DNA from: Eledone cirrhosa
Lineage: Eukaryota
NCBI GenBank assembly: GCA_964016885.1
Contig: CAXHJY010001354.1
Span: 1 to 41,183 of the forward strand
Direction: 5' to 3'
DNA: 41,183 nucleotides
This document shows, piece after piece, positions 15,171 to 29,559 of this stretch; positions within the stretch are counted from its first letter, which is position 1; each line of letters begins with the position of its first letter. A program made the translations under genes and the position numbers. The notes below the pieces were generated by a model. It ran no database searches. It saw only the letters and a program-made list of their open reading frames with translations, and was not told the DNA's origin.

Positions 15171-15815
15171 CGCTCTTACCATTTGGTCAATTCACCATCT
15201 TCATTTGGATGATAATAAAAGAGAGAGGTGGGGGAGAGAGATAGAGGAAGAGAGAGAGATTGGAGGTTGACAGCGGTGTCTATGTTGAAAGAGAAACTAA
15301 TCAGATACCGATACTCTCTTACACACACACACACGTACATACAACACACATACACATACACACACACACGTACATACAACACACATACACACACACACAC
15401 GTACATACAACACATATACAGCACACACACACACGTATATAAACACATATACACACAATACTCATACATACATACAATACTCGCACAATACACACACGTA
15501 TCTATGCATATATGCACACATACGTCTATAAATATATATATATATCCACACGTGTGAGTGTGTGTTTCCAAGAGGGCGTCTTTGTGTCGCATCCTCCGAC
15601 AAAAAACATTAAATATTATAGCAGCAATTAATATTTCATTAGTAAATGAATTAGGTATCAAATAACTGATACATAAATATTGTTCATATAGGTTTTTTAT
15701 TTATTCCGCTAATTCCTTTAGTTAATATATACATAAAAAAATCAACCGATGTCTAGATTAATTAGATTTTTATTATCGCTTACATTACATAATATGTGTG
15801 TTTTATCCGTAGTAA

Positions 15816-16149
15816 TATTATGGTAAGAGAGAAACGCTGGCTATATGTCTCTGTATTACTACAGATGTAACATATTATGGTAAGAGAGAAAAGGTGGCTG
15901 TATACAGCCACCTTTTCTCTCTTACTATAATATGTTACATCTGTAGCAATACAGACATACAGCCAGCTTTTCTCTCTTACCATAATATGTTACATCTGTA
16001 GTAATACAGACATACAGCCAGCTTTTCTCTCTTACCATAATATGTTACATCTGTAGTAATACAGACATACAGCCAGCTTTTCTCTCTTACCATAATATGT
16101 TACATCTGTAGTAATACAGACATACAGCCAGCTTATCTCTCTTACCATA
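15816..16149. repeat. 55-bp tandem array (~4.5 copies) joined at a spacerless palindrome to ~1.6 inverted copies
   Basis: agcca anchor at 15906, 15961, 16016, 16071, 16126; symmetry axis GTA|TAC at 15902/15903. Confidence 0.93.
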
Positions 16150-16358
16150 AATTCATCCATTTTAGACTCGCGGAGACAAAAGTTTCCAATACATTTGTTA
16201 TATAGTAAATTATTCGTATGATGTTAGAAATTCATTTTGTGTGTGTGTACACACACACACACGCACACATGCACACGCACACGCACACGCACACATACAC
16301 ACACAAAATCGGCTGAGTTTAAATCAACCAGCTTTCTCTAAATGAATATATATGTGTG

Positions 16359-16423
<65 letters not shown>

Positions 16424-16556
16424 ATGTATGTGTATATATATAGATATATATTTGGGGAATTTGTGCGTATGTGCGTATACATATATTTCTTCGTGTCTAG
16501 TCGGCAAGAGTTTGGCACCACTCGAACGGATAGTGTGGAAAGATGACTTTTCTTAC

Positions 16557-16590
16557 ATTCCGAAGAAGGACTTTGTTCGAAACGTCGAAA
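16557..16590 (+). ncRNA. Minimal hammerhead-like motif (U4C variant or decayed)
   Basis: UU-CCGAAGA-A-GGAC(UUU)GUUC-GAAAC-GUC-GAA; GAAAC and GUC triplet intact, palindromic ACGU stem III, weak stem I. Confidence 0.55.
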
Positions 16591-16645
16591 CATTCTTTCC
16601 CTAACAACATATCTATCTCCTGTACACACACACACACACACACAC

Positions 16646-16830
16646 ATACATACATACATACATACATAGTGGCTGCCAACTCGTTTTCGAGTACGGCCAC
16701 TACTTTATATGTAGGAGAACCCCGACCGATGCGCTGAACGAGTGTGAATTTTTAGTCCAGCCAGCGACTTGAAAACTATGGTACAAACACTACACTTGTG
16801 ACAATTATTGACAGTGCTGGGTCCATGGTA
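16646..16830 (-). mobile_element. 3' end of a LINE (RTE-like): C-terminal C2H2 finger, stop codon, 3' stem-loop and (TATG)n tail
   Basis: 16794-16729 encodes CSVCTIVFKSLAGLKIHTRSAH; TAA at 16707-16705; hairpin tagtggc..actcg-aaaa-cgagt..gccacta at 16702-16667; then (TATG)n. Confidence 0.7.
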
Positions 16831-17014
16831 CCATGTGATGACAAGTGCAGAGAGATCTCCAGATACAAAGCAATGCCTGTGCCGTGAAGCTGTTATAGTG
16901 AGCAAAGGCACTGCGCAAAGCCAGTCCTACTCTCTTAACCAAGATGATATTTACCAAAAAGAAGAACAAGTCAATATCATTGGATACCGTCAGGGTTGCA
17001 GGTGTTATATCAGA

Positions 17015-17283
17015 GTTTTCCTTCTCCTAGAATTCTGCCTTGACAAAGGTTAAGGTGTGTCAGGTCACCAGTTGGTGCTACTGGTAACATGTATCCCAGC
17101 ACAACCTGTCTCATGGTCGGGTCGTTGGCGACTAAACTGGCAACCCCACCAAGGTTTCTTGGTGAGGAGGGTGACTTTGGACATCCTGCAGGACTAAAAA
17201 CAAAACCTGTCAAAGGGCAAAGGAGCTCTTAAGAGTCAATGGCCATCCAAAATCACCGGGAGAGATGACCACCTTTACATACA

Positions 17284-17292
<9 letters not shown>
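17015..17292 (+). mobile_element. Short non-coding retroposon, possibly RTE-derived, with (TACA)n tail
   Basis: GC-richer unique block (ttctcctag...ctggcaaccccacc...aaaacaaaacctgtcaaagggc...) ending in tetranucleotide repeats; family assigned from recalled resemblance only. Confidence 0.45.
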
Positions 17293-17329
<37 letters not shown>

Positions 17330-17849
17330 TTATACACAGGAAGTTCGTGAACCATCTCATCTCTACCAAACTCTAACCTGTTTTCTCTTTTATCTACCAT
17401 TTTCAGGTCAGCAGTTTGTCTGAGATATACGTTCCTATCAAAGATAGACATTTCTTATAATAATATTGCCGTTTTTCAATTTAGTTTCCTATATTCTTAT
17501 CCAAAACTTTTACCTCCAACTTTAATATCCATATATTTTAAACTGGTTAATCTTATCTCACCGAGTATTACATTAGTTTTAAACGAACACGTTATCCACC
17601 ACCAAACATCTTATATATCTTATCTAACTATCTTACTTTTCATCTATCTATTCACTACTACTACTACTACTACTACTACTATTACTATTACTACTACTAC
17701 TATTACTACTAATACTACTACCACTACTACCACCACCACTTATTTTTGTGTGTTGGGGTGCGGGGTGGGGTGAGTATAATTTCTTGTTCAGCTTGTTTCT
17801 TGTGTAATTTTAATAATAGTTCTGCTGTGTGTTGTAAGTTGTGATACAA

Positions 17850-18062
17850 TGGATTAGGGGTAAAAGTAAAGCGTCAGAAAGTTTCTCAGGCATGTAGCAA
17901 CGTCCCTTTGCGTTCTGAGTTCGAATCCGCCGATGTTAACTTTGCCTTTCATCATTGAAGAGTCGATAAAATAAAGTACCAGTAATACACTGAGGTTGAT
18001 TTAATCGACTTCCCACTCCCCCCAAATTGTTGACCTTGTGCCTAAATCGGAGACCATTATTA
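17850..18062 (+). mobile_element. SINE family A, near full length, diverged
   Basis: B-box-like gagttcgaatcc followed by shared core and ...ccttgtgcctaaat..attatta tail. Confidence 0.85.
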
Positions 18063-18830
18063 CGGGAAGTAATGTATGATGGACGATCAGAAATATAGGG
18101 AGATTTTCACCTGTGTATGGACGATCAGAAATATAGAGGGTTCTCACTTGACCTAATAGATTCTCACCTGTGTATGGACGTGTAACCCCAAATGTATTTT
18201 ATGTTTTTATATTAACTATTGTGTGTTTTCTTATAAGACTTTTATACTTATTTCATGGTTTATCAATTGTATCAACCTATGGTATAACGTTGTTAGCATT
18301 ACTCTCATTTTATATAACTTTCTTTGTCCAGCAATACGTGTATTGTAGCCCCTATGGTAAATGATACTTGCCCCCAAATGACAGCCAGTAGAATCGAAAT
18401 CAGAACTCTTCATGTGACAATGCTGTGGCTGGAAGTACTTACGCACAAAGAGGTGTACGTGTATAGATTCTTACAAGAAAAATATTTAACTTTAACTTTC
18501 CTTTTGCTAAATATATCGATGGATTGAGGGCAAGAGAAAAGATATTGAATTTAGAAATTCTTTGTTCATACATTAAAACTAAAAGTTGGATTATACCACA
18601 GGACATTTATAGATCTATTCTTAGATTTAAAAGATTGGGTTTCGATAGTATATTGAATTTTATCTGAAAAGCCACTATTACGTAAAATTTCATTATAAAA
18701 ATATGAAGCTCTAAAACTGTTTTCCTCTGACAATAGTGAAGAGATTGAGCTTTCTAATATTAGAAAATAAACTTTCGGTTTATATTTTCAGATGAAAAAT
18801 AATTTTCTACTCCTCACTTATAGAAGCTCC

Positions 18831-18875
<45 letters not shown>

Positions 18876-18975
18876 CAAACATTGGGGAATTTTCCAGTGT
18901 CAATATTTAAATATTTGCCTCCACAATGAAATATCTAATTCACACTAAACTATAACTTGTACAATTCATACAGTG

Positions 18976-19291
18976 ATTGGGCGGTTGCTGGACTTCCGTC
19001 GCATAGAACGCTGACAGTCACAGTTGTTCGAACAGCGGAAGAGTTTGCATGTGAAATTAAAGTGCAAGTGCCTGAGCAGCATTTCACAGACACGTGCACC
19101 ATTAACGTAGTTCTCGGGAAGAATATATGACATGACTGGCCCTCTGAACTATAAATAAAACACTTTATTTATCCAGCAGTGGGCTGGATCAGCGAGAAAT
19201 AAAGTGTCTTGCTCAAGGGTACAACGTGCAGCCTGGAATTGACAACATTACGATCCAAGGCCAAACTGCCTAACCACTGAGCTACGTGCCT
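18976..19291 (-). mobile_element. tRNA-derived SINE family B with CORE-like segment
   Basis: Minus strand starts aggcacgTAGCTCAGTGGttagg (Pol III A box), then a degenerate B box, then gttgtacccttgagcaagacacttta (CORE-SINE-like). Confidence 0.75.
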
Positions 19292-19432
19292 TTGCATATA
19301 CACATGCAACGCACACACACACACGTGTATGAGTGTGTGTATGTGTGTATGATTACATCTGTCTCATAGACAATGAAACATTTGTTTTCGAAATACATTC
19401 TTTAGAGAAAGATATGTCTATAGATAATAATA

Positions 19433-19479
<47 letters not shown>

Positions 19480-19870
19480 ATGGATAGATAGATAGGTAGG
19501 TAGATAGGTACATATATATGATAATCATGTGAACACTTGAAATTTAAGTGGAAATCTGAAATGGTAACAAGCGCCTCTTGTGTGGACAATGGAAACTGGA
19601 GCCAAAACATCGTCAGAATATTAAGTAGAAACTATCAATTGACCCCAGTTTCATATTTACCATTCCTTGAGACATTGGTGAGGAAATTTGGCTTGATGGA
19701 ACATCATAATTACTAACATTAAAATATCTGGTATGGTTGTTTAGTTAAGGAGTTTGTTGCAGAAAGCAGACACGTGGTTTCACACTTAATCCCACTCGGA
19801 GAAGAGCAAACATCGATACACAAACTCACTCTACATTTTTGAAATCAGTTTCTTCCTTGTTCTCTTTTCA

Positions 19871-19980
19871 ATGAAAGGCAAAGCTAACCATGGCAGGATT
19901 TGAATTCAGACCGTAAAGGACCGTAAATGTATGCCACAAAGCATGTTGTTCGACGCTCTACCTATTCTGCCAATCAGTCA
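19871..19980 (-). mobile_element. SINE family A 5' half
   Basis: atgaaaggcaaagctaacc..gatttgaattcagaccgtaaagg..aaagcatgttgttcgacgctctacc..ttctgccaatc; closely matches 20099-20210. Confidence 0.85.
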
Positions 19981-19987
19981 ACAAAAA

Positions 19988-20210
19988 TAATAATGATTTC
20001 TAGTATAGGCACAAGGCCCTTAATTTGAAGGGGAGGGGAAAGTCGCTTAAATCGACCCCAGTGCATTACTGGTGCTTTATTTTATCGACCCCGTAAGGAT
20101 GAAAGGCAAAGTTGACCTCGGCGCGATTTGAATTCAGACCGTAAAGGGCGGTAACTCGATTCTGCAAAGCAGCATGTTGTTCAACGCTCTACCAATTCTG
20201 CCAATCAATC
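19988..20210 (-). mobile_element. SINE family A, full length
   Basis: Head, core (tcgaccccagtgcattactgg..ttttatcgaccccgtaaggatgaaaggcaaag) and (AAT)n tail all present. Confidence 0.9.
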
Positions 20211-21125
20211 AATAATAATGATGATTTTATTTATTTGCCACAAGGGCCTCAGATGAAGAAGATATTACAAAACAAGTTACTACATTAACGTGGAGTTTAT
20301 ATAGAAATAAGAAAACATGTAGCAAGTATAGTGTAGAAGATAATTGTAGCCATTACACAAGGTATTCAGTTCTCCTGGAACAGAGAACTTAATACCAAAG
20401 TCGTGACCATGTTTATGACTTATCTGTGTATGTTGTTGTTTAAGATTTAAAATTTAAATAAACAATTAAATAAAATCTTTGACTTCTTTTCAATTAATCT
20501 TTTCGATTGAATAAACAGGTGAGGTGAAAAGGTGAGGTGAAAAGGCTTATCTGTGGAGTTATGAAGCGAAATAATTCATATCTGTGTTTTGTGATAGAAA
20601 ACTGAAATAAAATATAGCATAAAAAGAGCTGGAGCTACAGTTTAAGAGATTAAATGTTTGGTCTTATCTTTTGCTTCTTAGCTGGAATTCATTCCATTCA
20701 GTTTCGAGATATTTTTCACAGGAGGAATAATGTGATTTGTTTTCTCTTGGTGTAGGGTGGTAAAGGTGGGGTTATGGTTGGTGGTGGGGAAACACAGGCC
20801 AGTTGGTCAAGATATACATATGAGGAATATTTAAAAGACGCATATTGATAGAATTATCAACAGAAATCATATTGTAAAGAAAAGAGGAAAGTGTAAAATG
20901 CAAACAAACGATAAGACAAACGTTTTGAATTTAAACTTTAACTTTATATAAATAAAATAAACTATAAATATACAAATATATACTAAAAAAACAACAACAT
21001 ATACTGTAGATATAAAAAGGTAACCTTTAACTGAAAATATCGAAAAATAATGTATAAATATAGAAATAGGTACTTTAAATATACAGAGGTAAAATTTAAT
21101 TGAAAATATATAAATTTATATAATA

Positions 21126-22521
21126 CTAGCAGTGGTACCCGGCGTTGCACGAGATAAGGTATTTTGGAACGCGGGCCGCCAACAGACCTAATCGTGGAAA
21201 AACTGCATGCCTGGTCAATATGTAAAGAAAATAAACCGAATACTCTGATGGCTGGATAATCTTTAAGATTTTCCTCGATGAAGCAGGAAAAATCCAAGTT
21301 TTCACCTAAGGGATCAAGAAAATAAATTTTTTTTTATGTGCATAATATGCCTCCAAAAAGCCCTAAAAAGCTGAAAAAATGAAGTTTTTCACCTAATGCA
21401 GGCCCTAGGCCATAAAAATGTTGGATTTTCTTTGCTCACGGTATGAAGAAGAGACTGACTAATACATAGACCGATTTCCTTGAAAGTGTAACTGACATAA
21501 CGCCCCAAAAACCCCTAAAAAGCTTAAAAAAACGCAGTAATGCGGGCGCTAAGAAATCAAAAAGTTGAATTTTTGATGTGCAAAACCACTCCATGAAACA
21601 TAAGTAATACACATGTAAAGTTTGAAAAAAATAGGTTAGGTACTTCTCGAGTTTTAGGGATTCAAACTCTCTCTCTCACACACACTGACATCCCCAGGGA
21701 AGTGACATAATGCAGACATACAGACAGATATTATAAGGGCGCGACGTTATATGTATGTATCTATCTGAAAAGAGAAAGACTAAGAATTATAGAGAGAGAT
21801 CGCCTAATGCGGTCCCTAGGGCATTGAAAATTAGAATTTGTTTTTGTTCAGAACACTCCCTGAAACATAAGTATTACATGTGTAAAGTTTGAAAACAGTC
21901 GGTTGGGTGCTTCTCTAGTTTTAGAGATTCAAACTCACACACACACACACAGACAGACATCCTCAGTTTTATATATATAGACTAGCAGAAAACCAACTTT
22001 CAGGGCGGTTTTCTGCTAGTCTATATATCTAAAACAGAGAATGTCTGTCTGTCTATCAGCTCACTAAAACTTGAGAACCATCCAACCGATTGTTTTCAAA
22101 CTTTAGACATGTAATACTTATGGTCCTGTGAGTGTTTTGAGCAAAGATTATTTCAAATTTTCAATGCCCTAGGGACCGCATTAGGCGATTTAGCGTTCTC
22201 TCTATATAATTCTTAGTCTTTCTTTTTAGATAGATACATAGATATAACGTTGCGCCCTTATAATATCTGTCTGTCTGTCTGCATTACGTCATTATAACGC
22301 GCTCAGCGCGATTCCCTCGGCCTCAGTGACCAAAGTCAGTGGAGAGGGGAAGGTAATGTTTCTGTAGCACGTGTTTTAGCGTCTATTCACTCTCTCTCTC
22401 TCCCTCCCGCTATCCCCCTCTCGTAATCTGTCTCTTTCTTTCACTCTCACTCTCTCTCTACGCACGTGTTCCACTGTCGGACAGACAGACAGAGAAATTG
22501 CTGGTTATATATATAAGTAGA
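21126..22521 (-). mobile_element. Composite non-autonomous Helitron-like element
   Basis: Minus strand A|TCtacttatatatataacc (22521) ... ccgggtaccactgCTAG|T (21126). Imperfect GC-rich subterminal hairpin, no TSD, internal ~150-bp modules repeated directly and inverted. Confidence 0.7.
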
Positions 22522-22712
22522 TAATTGTTTCTACTTAAGGCACAAGGCCAGCAATTACCCAATGCATTACTGGTACTTTATTTTATCGACCCCGTAAGGA
22601 TGAAAGGCAAAGTTAACCTCGGCGGGATTTGAACTCAGAATGGCAAGGGCCGTAACTCAATGCGTCAAAGCATGGCGTCCGACCCTCTTCCGATACTGCC
22701 AATCCACCGCTC
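22522..22712 (-). mobile_element. SINE family A, internal-deletion variant
   Basis: Full head and core; 3' region joins ccagcaatt directly to acccaatgc. Confidence 0.88.
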
Positions 22713-22739
22713 TTTATATATATAGATGATGAAAACAGT

Positions 22740-22972
22740 GAGCACGATGGATTGAGCCAGATGAGTGTTTCGACTTCTAGTTCTCTAATTTGGTCTTAAA
22801 GTCGCTTGGGTCATAGTTGGAAACGGAGTGTTTGGTCTTAAAGCCTCTTAGGCTTTAACTCTGCGATGGACTGGCGTAATGTATAAGGGGGGAGTCTTGT
22901 CCTCACAATCACTTAACGCTACGGTAACCGGGGTAACCACCGGCCTGATGGACCCTTGGGCTATGGGCACGC
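22740..22972 (+). mobile_element. Diverged SINE-like element, family C
   Basis: ctgcgatggactggcgt....aggggggagt...cacttaacgctacggtaaccggggtaaccaccggcctgatggaccc resembles the 3' half of widespread metazoan SINEs (recognition only). Confidence 0.5.
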
Positions 22973-23439
22973 TGATACATATATATATGTGTGTTTGTGT
23001 GTGTGTAGAGAGAGAGATAATTTATACCAGACACCAATTAAACATCTCATAATATCTTGCAATAACAAAAACATATCGTAACCTCTCGTGACCTCTCGTG
23101 TGAAGTATATCAGACGTTATGACTCTAGAATTTGTATTCTTTCAAAACTTTTCTCTTCCAAATCACATAGAAACATTTATTTAGCAAGTCAACACGAAAG
23201 TAAATATGTAAATTATGTAAACTGTATAAAATATACAAAATATGTAAATTATGTAAATATATGCGTAACCGTTTGCGTGTACCGTGTCTCTAAAAACAAC
23301 ACTAATGAACAATACCTGGCTATACTTAAAAGCAAATCTATTTACCCCCGATCATGAATATGAATTATAAATGATGACCTGTATAGTATAGCAAATATTT
23401 CTGTCTATATATATTATTCGGAAATATTGTTTGGAAATA

Positions 23440-23652
23440 TAGTCGCCATAATGTAGATAACTATAGATAATAGTTGAATATATCTGGTAAAATACATCTG
23501 GAGCGGGAAAAGTGGATAGATATAACTGCAGAAAAACCAAACCAGATATTTCTGTCCACTACCTTGCCTCTCCAGGGGTATTTTATTAAATATATTCAAT
23601 TGTTATTTAAAGTCATTAAATATTATTATAGTTCTTTACATTGTGGTGACTA
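23440..23652. mobile_element. Old MITE / foldback DNA element with TA flanks (Tc1/mariner-type inferred)
   Basis: TA|tagtcgccataatgta ... tacattgtggtgacta|TA. Inner arms also complementary (ttgaatatatctggtaaaatacatctggag vs ctccaggggtattttattaaatatattcaa; agtggatagatataactg vs cagatatttctgtccact). Confidence 0.7.
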
Positions 23653-23969
23653 TATCTTCTCCTCCTCCTCCTCCTCCTCCTCCTCCTCCTCCCACTTGTT
23701 CCCGAGAGGGCCGTGTCCTCAAGCAGGTCCTGTCAAAAGCAACCGCCTTTCTCCAATCGATCTAGCTAGGTCCCCAAACGACACTCCCAATGCTTTACAA
23801 GTCAACCTCTCTTGTTGACATTAACATTACAATTGTCTCTTCCATATAGTCTGTTCTTTATTATTCCTTCTCTGTTAAAACAGGAGATTATTTTACAATT
23901 TATTTACAAACCAGAGAGACGAATGAAGGGCGTTCACAACTAATTCACCTTTATTACTTCGACTGTCAA

Positions 23970-24027
23970 GGGCAGTTGATTTATAGAATCGGTAGAGCGC
24001 CAGACAACATGCTTTGCAGTATTTATT
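23970..24027 (+). mobile_element. SINE family A head fragment
   Basis: gattt..agaatcggtagagcgccagacaacatgctttgcagtatt is the reverse complement of the head of the 19871 and 19988 copies. Confidence 0.65.
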
Positions 24028-24299
24028 GGAGGCAGGTTTATTGTGTAGGGTACATGGAGAAGGGGCAGGTTGTATGAGGTGAGAGGCGGGTTTATTGTGT
24101 ACTGATGGGTGGGGAGGAGTGTGGGTGGGGTAGAGGGTGTGTAGAAGGGGGTTGTGGGAGAAAAACGAAGAATTCCAAACAAGGGAACATATTTGGGAGA
24201 CAGCTTACACACATAGGTACACATATATAAATGCACATAGAAATCACAGGTATACACATACATACACGTATATATATCTACCTACCTATCTATCTATCT

Positions 24300-27301
<3,002 letters not shown>

Positions 27302-27436
27302 TTACTATGCATGTAGACATTTCGACAAATACACATACACACATCTTTCGGGTCTCTTAGTTCTTTTAATGGAACTAATAATCGCAAATTGGATTAAATC
27401 TTATCTGATATATTTCTCGTGTGAGTGTGTACATAC

Positions 27437-27480
<44 letters not shown>

Positions 27481-27483
<3 letters not shown>

Positions 27484-27681
27484 TACAGACACAAACATAT
27501 ATGAACGCACACATACATGTATCAGTGTGTAGTATATATATATATATATATATATGCATACAGACACAAACATATATGAACGCACACATACATGTATCAG
27601 TGTGTAGTATATATATATATATATATATATGCATACAGACACAAACATATATGAACGCACACATACATGTATCAGTGTGTA

Positions 27682-27718
<37 letters not shown>

Positions 27719-27767
27719 TACAGACACAAACATATATGAACGCACACATACATGTATCAGTGTGTAG

Positions 27768-27799
<32 letters not shown>

Positions 27800-27854
27800 T
27801 ATGCATACAGACACAAACATATATGAACGCACACATACATGTATCAGTGTGTAG
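27481..27854. repeat. Five identical 52-bp units separated by variable (TA)n spacers
   Basis: gcatacagacacaaacatatatgaacgcacacatacatgtatcagtgtgtag at 27481, 27556, 27631, 27716, 27803. Confidence 0.95.
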
Positions 27855-28487
27855 TATATATATATTTTAAAGATAATTGTTTGATATTGGAACAAAAAAA
27901 AAAAATGTTATTTTCTAAGTGCTGCGTAACAGGTTAATGTATTACTCCTACCGTGTGTTATTATATATACATATATATATATATATATAATATGTGTGTG
28001 TATGTATATATATTAGGAGCCATTTTGTAAAAGACCCAGAGAAATAACGAGGAAAAAATAGATTTTCCTTATAATATTTATCGGCCGTGTATAATCCTCT
28101 GTACTCCATTCTCAATTAACTTTTTTTTACTTTTTCACATGAAATACATTCAACATTATTAATACTGATATTTCTATTATAATATATTTGGCACAGTTCA
28201 TTTAACTTATATCAAATATTTATAATACAACATTTATCGATAAATTATTTTTTCTTTTTATAAAAAATAAACCCAAAATAATTTTTCAAGCTAATAAAGT
28301 TCCGATATTTTTATGTTATAACTAAAATCAATTGATTTTAAAACAAAATTTATAGATACGATAAAAATAGTTGTGTATTAAGTTGGTTCTACCATATTTT
28401 CTCTCATAAGTGACGTTACTAAAGAAAAGGAATTTAATGAAACTGAAGGGCTTTTATATTTATTAACCGTTTCTATACACATATACG

Positions 28488-28751
28488 CACATACACACCA
28501 CACACAACCACACATACACACATATACACACACCACACCACACACACATACACACCACATACACACCACACAGACATACACACCACACATACACACCACA
28601 CATACACACATACACACACACACCACACACACATACACACCACACATACACATACACACATATCACACCACACACACATACACACCACATACACACCACA
28701 CACACACACATACACACCACACACATACACACCACACACCACACACACACA
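28488..28751. repeat. Degenerate (CA/CCA/CATA) simple repeat
   Basis: Directly visible. Confidence 0.92.
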
Positions 28752-28777
28752 TAATACTCTCTTATAATTTCTCCATG

Positions 28778-28814
<37 letters not shown>

Positions 28815-28870
28815 TGTATCCTAGAAGGTTTCTGGCATGTTTTAAGGCCCTCATCAGAGAAGACACAATT

Positions 28871-29033
28871 TGCTTTGCGGCATAGAGTTACGGCCCTTTA
28901 CGTTCTGAGTTCAAATCTCGCCGAGGTTAGATTTGCATTTCATCCTTATTGGTTTGATAAAATAAAGTACCAGTAATGCACTGAGGTCGATTTAATCGAA
29001 ATTGCTCCCTCCCCGTCAATATGCTGGCCTTAT
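28871..29033 (+). mobile_element. SINE family A copy
   Basis: gcatagagttacggccctttacgttctgagttcaaat..gccgaggttag.. closely matches the 12073 copy. Confidence 0.88.
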
Positions 29034-29111
29034 ACTCCCAAATTCTCTTCCATCTTACCATATAAGGAATTCAAACCTACTGTGAAAATATCTTTTGTTT
29101 TCAGTAATGGG

Positions 29112-29287
<176 letters not shown>

Positions 29288-29369
29288 TATTCACACAAAA
29301 ACTTCAATATTGATGTTTGTTTCGTTTTACTTTTGTTTTTGTGCTTCTTATCTTTCTTTGTTTTATTCC

Positions 29370-29520
29370 TGAGAGATAGAGAGAGAGAGCGAGAGGGAGA
29401 GAGCGAGGTAGAGAGAGAGAGAAAGAGAGCGCGAGAAAGAGAGAGATAGAGAGAGAGAGCGAGAAATATATAGAGAGAGGGAGAGATAGAGAGAGAGCGA
29501 GAAAGAGTGAGTGAGATAGA
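29370..29520. repeat. (GA)n-rich tract
   Basis: Directly visible. Confidence 0.93.
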
Positions 29521-29559
29521 GGTTCTTTACATAAAACTTGAGCAAACGTTCAACAGTTC

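Noticed and set aside
18077-18181. Short local duplications (tggacgatcagaaatatag; tcacctgtgtatggacg), with similar ones at ~5203, ~20518, ~23202 and ~33459
   Set aside because: Ordinary slippage duplications with no further structure
19230-19291. tRNA gene
   Set aside because: A box present but no cloverleaf; it continues into a SINE body. Similar head fragments occur near 15000, 19730 and 31535.
27481-27854. CRISPR-like repeat/spacer appearance
   Set aside because: Spacers are only (TA)n, the context is eukaryotic and there are no cas genes
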